From contig OZ316892.1 in the NCBI GenBank assembly GCA_973895155.1, forward strand, positions 17,288,357 through 17,352,356: a stretch of DNA of 64,000 bases. The letters are read 5' to 3'. Positions within the stretch are counted from its first letter, which is position 1. The number at the start of each line of letters is the position of its first letter. The position numbers were made by a program, and so were the translations under genes. Positions 59,151-64,000 of this stretch are shown here, in pieces. The stretch is from Marsupella aquatica. Its lineage: Eukaryota > Plantae > Marchantiophyta. Below the pieces are notes generated by a model. That model saw only the letters and a list, made by a program, of their open reading frames with translations, was not told the origin of the DNA and ran no database searches.

Positions 59151-60498
59151 GGGCTGTCTCTCCGTGTTGTCTACTCAAGCTAAGATGAACAATGTATCTC
59201 GCTACTCAAGCTTTACTACATGTAACATACAAGAGTATTACTTCACTCTAGGCTCATTGACCATACCGAGTCTCTGCAATACAATATCTCACTAGATATT
59301 TTAACTAGCTAGCTCCATAAAAGAGCCTGAGTTCCCACTATCCAAGCAAACTCTACTTGGGATATAGTGTGCAGCCTAGTTAACCTAACCTAGTCTGCGA
59401 CTAAGATAAGCCGTAACTATGGTTATAGTATAATTCTAGACTAAGAGTAAATACCTAATAGTCTCCCTCTTGACTTTGGTCTAGGGGAGGATAACATTGC
59501 TAACCTATATGATTACTCAACTGGAAGTCCTGGACAAAACCAAACCGGTTTCTCCTCTCTTAACCAGAGCAAACCAGAACTAAGTTGTAGCCTAATACAT
59601 AGGAATGAGTAAGAGCATATATAAGTAATTACAACAAATGTTAAGAAAACCTTACTTGTGACACAATTGCAAAACCTGCAACACATTACGGTGTATAGAG
59701 AAACCATTCAAAGGAATCACTTTGGTAAAGTCATTGAGTTTACCGTCAATCTTGACTGACTCAAACAAATTATCAGACACAAGTGCCTAATAAAATGATA
59801 CCTAACAACAATGTGCTTCACTCTATTGTCCATCACCTGGTTTACAACAAGGTGGAGCGCACTCTAACTATCACACTCGGGGGTCTCACTATATGGCTCG
59901 GGGGGGTCACTTCCACGGAAGTGGCACATCACGTGCGACGAAGTATAGGGCCATTTAATTGGGTTTGGCGGAAGACTTCGGAAGTTTGGTGGAAGAACAA
60001 TAGGGCCCGTTTTAATTGTTGGGCCACTTTAAAGCACAATAGGCATTTTTTAATTGGGACATATTCCACGGAAGATGTCCATATAAGTTAGGGGTTTTAC
60101 TGCCATATGTATATGTGACACGCGTCATGTTTATATTGGACCACGTGTCTCCATGTAATTGGGACACGTGTTTTTACATGGCAAATATCCATTTTTTCTG
60201 CAACATCAATGTTTTAATATTTGCCCTATTGTAACCGCAAACTTCTGTCCAAAAACTATATTATGAAGGACTTATGTTGGGTTTATTGGGACGGGGTCTA
60301 AAGTGGGTTACGGGAACCCCAGGGGGACCCATGATGCCACTCGGGGTTTGCAAGGGCCATTGATATTTAGGGTTGAAGATCCAATGGTCAAAAATGGCCC
60401 GGGTGGCGGCTTTAGGGACGGGATTGTGGGCCCAAGGGTGGATGGATGAAACAGGGAGAACGCGCGAACATTGTGTTTCAAACTCAATGTTCATTTTC

Positions 60499-60720
60499 TT
60501 TGTGACAAACGGGAGGTCTGCTGCCGCGACTTTGGAGGATCGTTCAACTTTGTGACAATCGGGAGGTCTGTTGCCGTGACTTTGGAGGATCGTTCAAGTT
60601 TGTGACAATCGGGAGGTTTGCTACCGTGACTTTGGAGGATCGTTCAAGTTTGTGACAATCGGGAGGTCTGCTGCCGTGACTTTGGAGGATCGTTCAAGTT
60701 TGTGACAATCGGGAGGGCTG
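60499..60720. repeat. 50-bp tandem repeat x4.4, followed by degenerate related repeats to ~62240
   Basis: tgtgacaatcgggaggtctgctgccgtgactttggaggatcgttcaagtt starting at 60501, 60551, 60601, 60651 and 60701. Confidence 0.92.
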
Positions 60721-62879
60721 CGCTGTGTGCCGCACCTTAGGAGAGGATCATTTGAATGTTGTGTGCTGCCGTGACATTGGAGAGGATCGAGGCTAGGTAG
60801 ACTGTGGAGGCCAGGAGACTATTGCTGACGCAAGTTCCAGGGCAAGTTTGGAGAGGAGGTAGATTGTCGAGGTCGACTGTTACTGTCATTCCGCTTTCAA
60901 TTGGTTGATATTGGTATCTGGTTGCCTCTATCGCTTGCATTGCCTCTATCGCCTACACTCACCATCGCCATGTATTGTGTGCTCACTGTCATTGCCATCT
61001 TGGAGGTGCGCACGATTGTGGTCCAGTGTTCTGCTTATTGTGATTGCCAACTACTTCTTATGCGCCTAGACCATTTGACTGCTTCCTGTGCGCCATCACT
61101 TGGAGTTGGGTCCCAGATCATTGCAAGTTGTTGCATCATCGTCCCAAACCATTGTGACAGCTTGGGACATTACATCGAGCTTGGGAGGTCGCAGCGAGTT
61201 GGCCTCATTGTTGCCTTGGTCCTCTGTTCCCCTACTGACATGATTACTACTTGCGCGATCCTCCCTGTTGCGTTGAAGAGGTTGGAGGTCGAGAGGAGGG
61301 TTGCATTGGAGAGGAGGCCGGAGGTTGAGAGGAGCTGTTGCATTTGAGAGGTGTTGCGGACTTGCATTTTTTGTGCAGCACTTGCGGCTCATGTTTTAGT
61401 GTAGTTTGCTTTGAGCTTTCGCTTGATACTTTCTTTTGATGTATTATTTTGCTGACATTTGAATAGGAGGAAGGCGGCGCTCTGAAGAAATAGTGGGAGG
61501 ACGTCGTTGCCTGGCTAAACGTTTGGATCGAGCTCATTGTGGAGGTCACGATTGTCTGTACACATTGCGAAGGTCTGTACACATTGTTGTTTTGCTGCAT
61601 TCATAATCATTGCTTCAATTTGTAATGTGCTTCAACACGTCGCCTTAATGTTTGTTGGTGCCTCACATTCATTCCCGCATTCATTCTATCCTGGTTGTGG
61701 AATAGGGTCTACTATGGATCGCAAGGCTGGGAGGACTACTGGGTGTGCGAGTTCGGAGCTCCATCTGTTTGTGGGAAATCGGAGGAGTATTGCTGTGCAG
61801 CGCTGCTGCAACATTGGAGCTCTAGTGGACTGTGCCAGAGGAGGCCGGGAGGACTGTTGGTGCAAGTTTGGAGGCTCCCCATTTTCTTTGTGAGAAATCG
61901 AAGGTCGATTGCTATGCGCTGCCACCATTTTGGATCTTTAGTCAACTGTGGAGGCTAGGAGGAGTATTGTTGCTGCGAGTTTGGAGCTCCAATTTCTGCA
62001 TGAGAAATTGGAGGATTGTTGTTTGCTGCCGCAACCTGGATCTCTAGTTGACTGTGGAGGCCGAGAGGACTACTGCTTCCGCGAGATTGATTCTCTTTGA
62101 GACAACTAGGAGGACTGCTATTGCCACGAGTTTGGAGGTCGGGAGGACTGCTATTGTCGCGAGTTTGAAGGACTGTTCGGAGGCCGGCCGGAAGGACTGC
62201 GCAAGTTCAAGAGCCTGTCAAGACGTTCGCTACTGCTAGTCAACTTTGAGCAGTGAAGGTTAGTGGTCTGTTGCCTATCATTTTCATGCCCTTTGGACAT
62301 TGCTCATCGTCCTGTTGTTGACTGTAAGACTAAACAATGTCATAGTACAGGTCAACATTATTGTCTGCAAGGGCTACATTTTAAATCTGGGTTGGCATCC
62401 CCCACTCGCATCCGGAAGGACATTTGTCATCTTCATTTTCCCCACATTGTGTATTGCTTGCTATATTCTTGGTCACTAGTGCGGGCATCATCACGCAGCC
62501 CCAGACCCTCACTGCTATAGAAGACACTATCTGTGGACTGTGCTTCATCTCTGGTTTCTTACTCAATTGTTTCTCTTGCTCTTTTGTTTCCAATGTCCTT
62601 TTATTTGCTACTCAATTTGTTGAATCTTTTGTCCACTATTTATGGAAACGCTGTCAATAGTTGTGTAAACGCCATTTGCCACAGTCAATGTCTTGATGGA
62701 GACAGAGTAGCCATTCAATATTCAGACTATCTATGGAATGTGCAGATTCAGTCGATCTTGGGTGCTGAGGAAGGAGTTTGGGCTCTGATCCGACTACAGA
62801 AGTTGTTGGGAGGATCCAAGTAAGCTCCACACTGTTGCAGAGGACAACACGGCCTTATAGCTTTAGGGTTTATTGTCCC

Positions 62880-64000
62880 ATGGGTCGTAGAAATGAGTCT
62901 ACACCAAAGCCCTGTTCAGTTTCAAAGCCAATTTTGAAGGGTGTGAATGCCTTCTTAGTTCCGCATGGATTTTCAAGAGCTCGTTTTGAAGTTTTGCGCA
63001 GAAAGCTAATTGAACGTCATGGTCAGCTTTGCCCTATTGCTTCCAGCAACACCACTCACATTGTTGCTGGTTCTTGGGGAGCACTCATGTCCAAGTGGAC
63101 ATGGTCTGATGTAAATTCCCTCATTCAAGAGCATGCATTGAAAGTTGTCTCATTTGAATGGATGTGCGAATCCCTCAAAGTAGGAGTCCTAGTAGACGAA
63201 GGCCCTTTCAACTTAATGTTGACTGAGGTAGAGTCTAAGGCAGACTGTACCAAGAGAGAAGTAGAAAAGATTAAACAAGATAAGGCAGCTGCAGTTTGGA
63301 GAAGTGTAAACTTGATCATGCCAAAACGTAGATGTGTGTAGCTTACTCTAAATGTAACCTCTGCTCTTGAAGCAATTTTATAAAGTGTTACTTGTCTGCT
63401 GCAATTCTTTGCATGTCTGCTGTTTGTGCTCTTCAAGCACTGTGTATAGGACTTTTGGTGTGTAGCTTTTTAAAACTTAGTTGCTTCTCTTTTTTTTGCA
63501 GGGACATTCTAGCACAAGGCAGAAATTGGGGAAGTTTAGGGTCTGAGCAAAGGTCGGCCCCTGTACCTTGTTTGTTGTGAACTTGTCATTTTGTTGGAGT
63601 GAGCACAATCTCAGTCTAGGTGCATTCCTAGGTGCATTGAAGATGGTTGTCACACGCAGTGCTCTATCTGAGTACCATCAGCAGAAGGGTGTGCGATTTC
63701 GTGTGAAGATGATCCACTCTGGGATCGTGCCTACAGACTGTGCTGTAAGCTGGGGCTATCCATCTGTGCCTGGCAACCATTACAACAGGCTGAGTACATC
63801 CCCACCAGTGCCAAATAGTATCCGTCTTGTTAAAGACGTAGATGGAGTGTTGGATGAGAGCTGTGTCTTATTGGAGGCTTGTCTCCATTGTCACACCCAA
63901 ACATGTCATCATTGTAGGGGAGGTGACTCAAACATAGTGCAGACTGAAGCACAGTACATGGCAAGAATGGCATGGGGCGGTTGCCTAGCGTGGAATACTT
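62880..64000 (+). CDS. BRCT-domain protein (BRCT resembles the DNA polymerase lambda N-terminus), partial. Probable further exons ~63502-63552 and ~63615 to the window end
   Basis: ILKGVNAFLV...RRKLIERHGQL...TTHIVA...VVSFEWMCESLKVGVLVDEGPF fits the BRCT pattern (THIV, W..ES). The downstream frame is open to the window end and contains CLHCHTQTCHHC. The donor after the BRCT exon is not resolved. Confidence 0.6.

Noticed and set aside
59290-59480. Copia-like LTR/PPT remnant (aatagtctccctcttgac)
   Set aside because: Only a weak PPT-like match, with no second LTR or RNase H coding sequence visible.

Overview
This is eukaryotic nuclear DNA with GT-AG introns, from a land plant. A non-seed plant (bryophyte or lycophyte) is inferred from a clade-6 PARP-UBC gene and a PLS-type PPR relic. 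Apparently intact genes: LSM5 (4 exons), an intronless FAD-dependent oxidoreductase, a FET/TAF15-like RRM + RanBP2-zinc-finger RNA-binding protein, a PARP6/8-like mono-ADP-ribosyltransferase whose fused UBE2Q-like E2 domain has decayed, a TPR protein, RBBP5/SWD1 (RBL), a SOUL haem-binding protein, a DUF3511 protein, and a BRCT-domain gene running off the right end. Pseudogenes: a PLS-PPR fragment, an intronless TPC1 copy and CNX7/MOCS2A. Intergenic DNA holds TA-targeting TIR elements, three copies of an LTR-like repeat, a tRNA-derived SINE-like head and many minisatellites, several directly upstream of genes. The best leads are the domain-specific decay of the PARP-E2 fusion, a near-perfect 82-nt hairpin, a GGU cluster in intron 1 of the RanBP2-ZnF gene, a possible CUG start for DUF3511, and the promoter-proximal arrays. 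All assignments come from reading the sequence by eye. No searches were run, and repeat boundaries are approximate.
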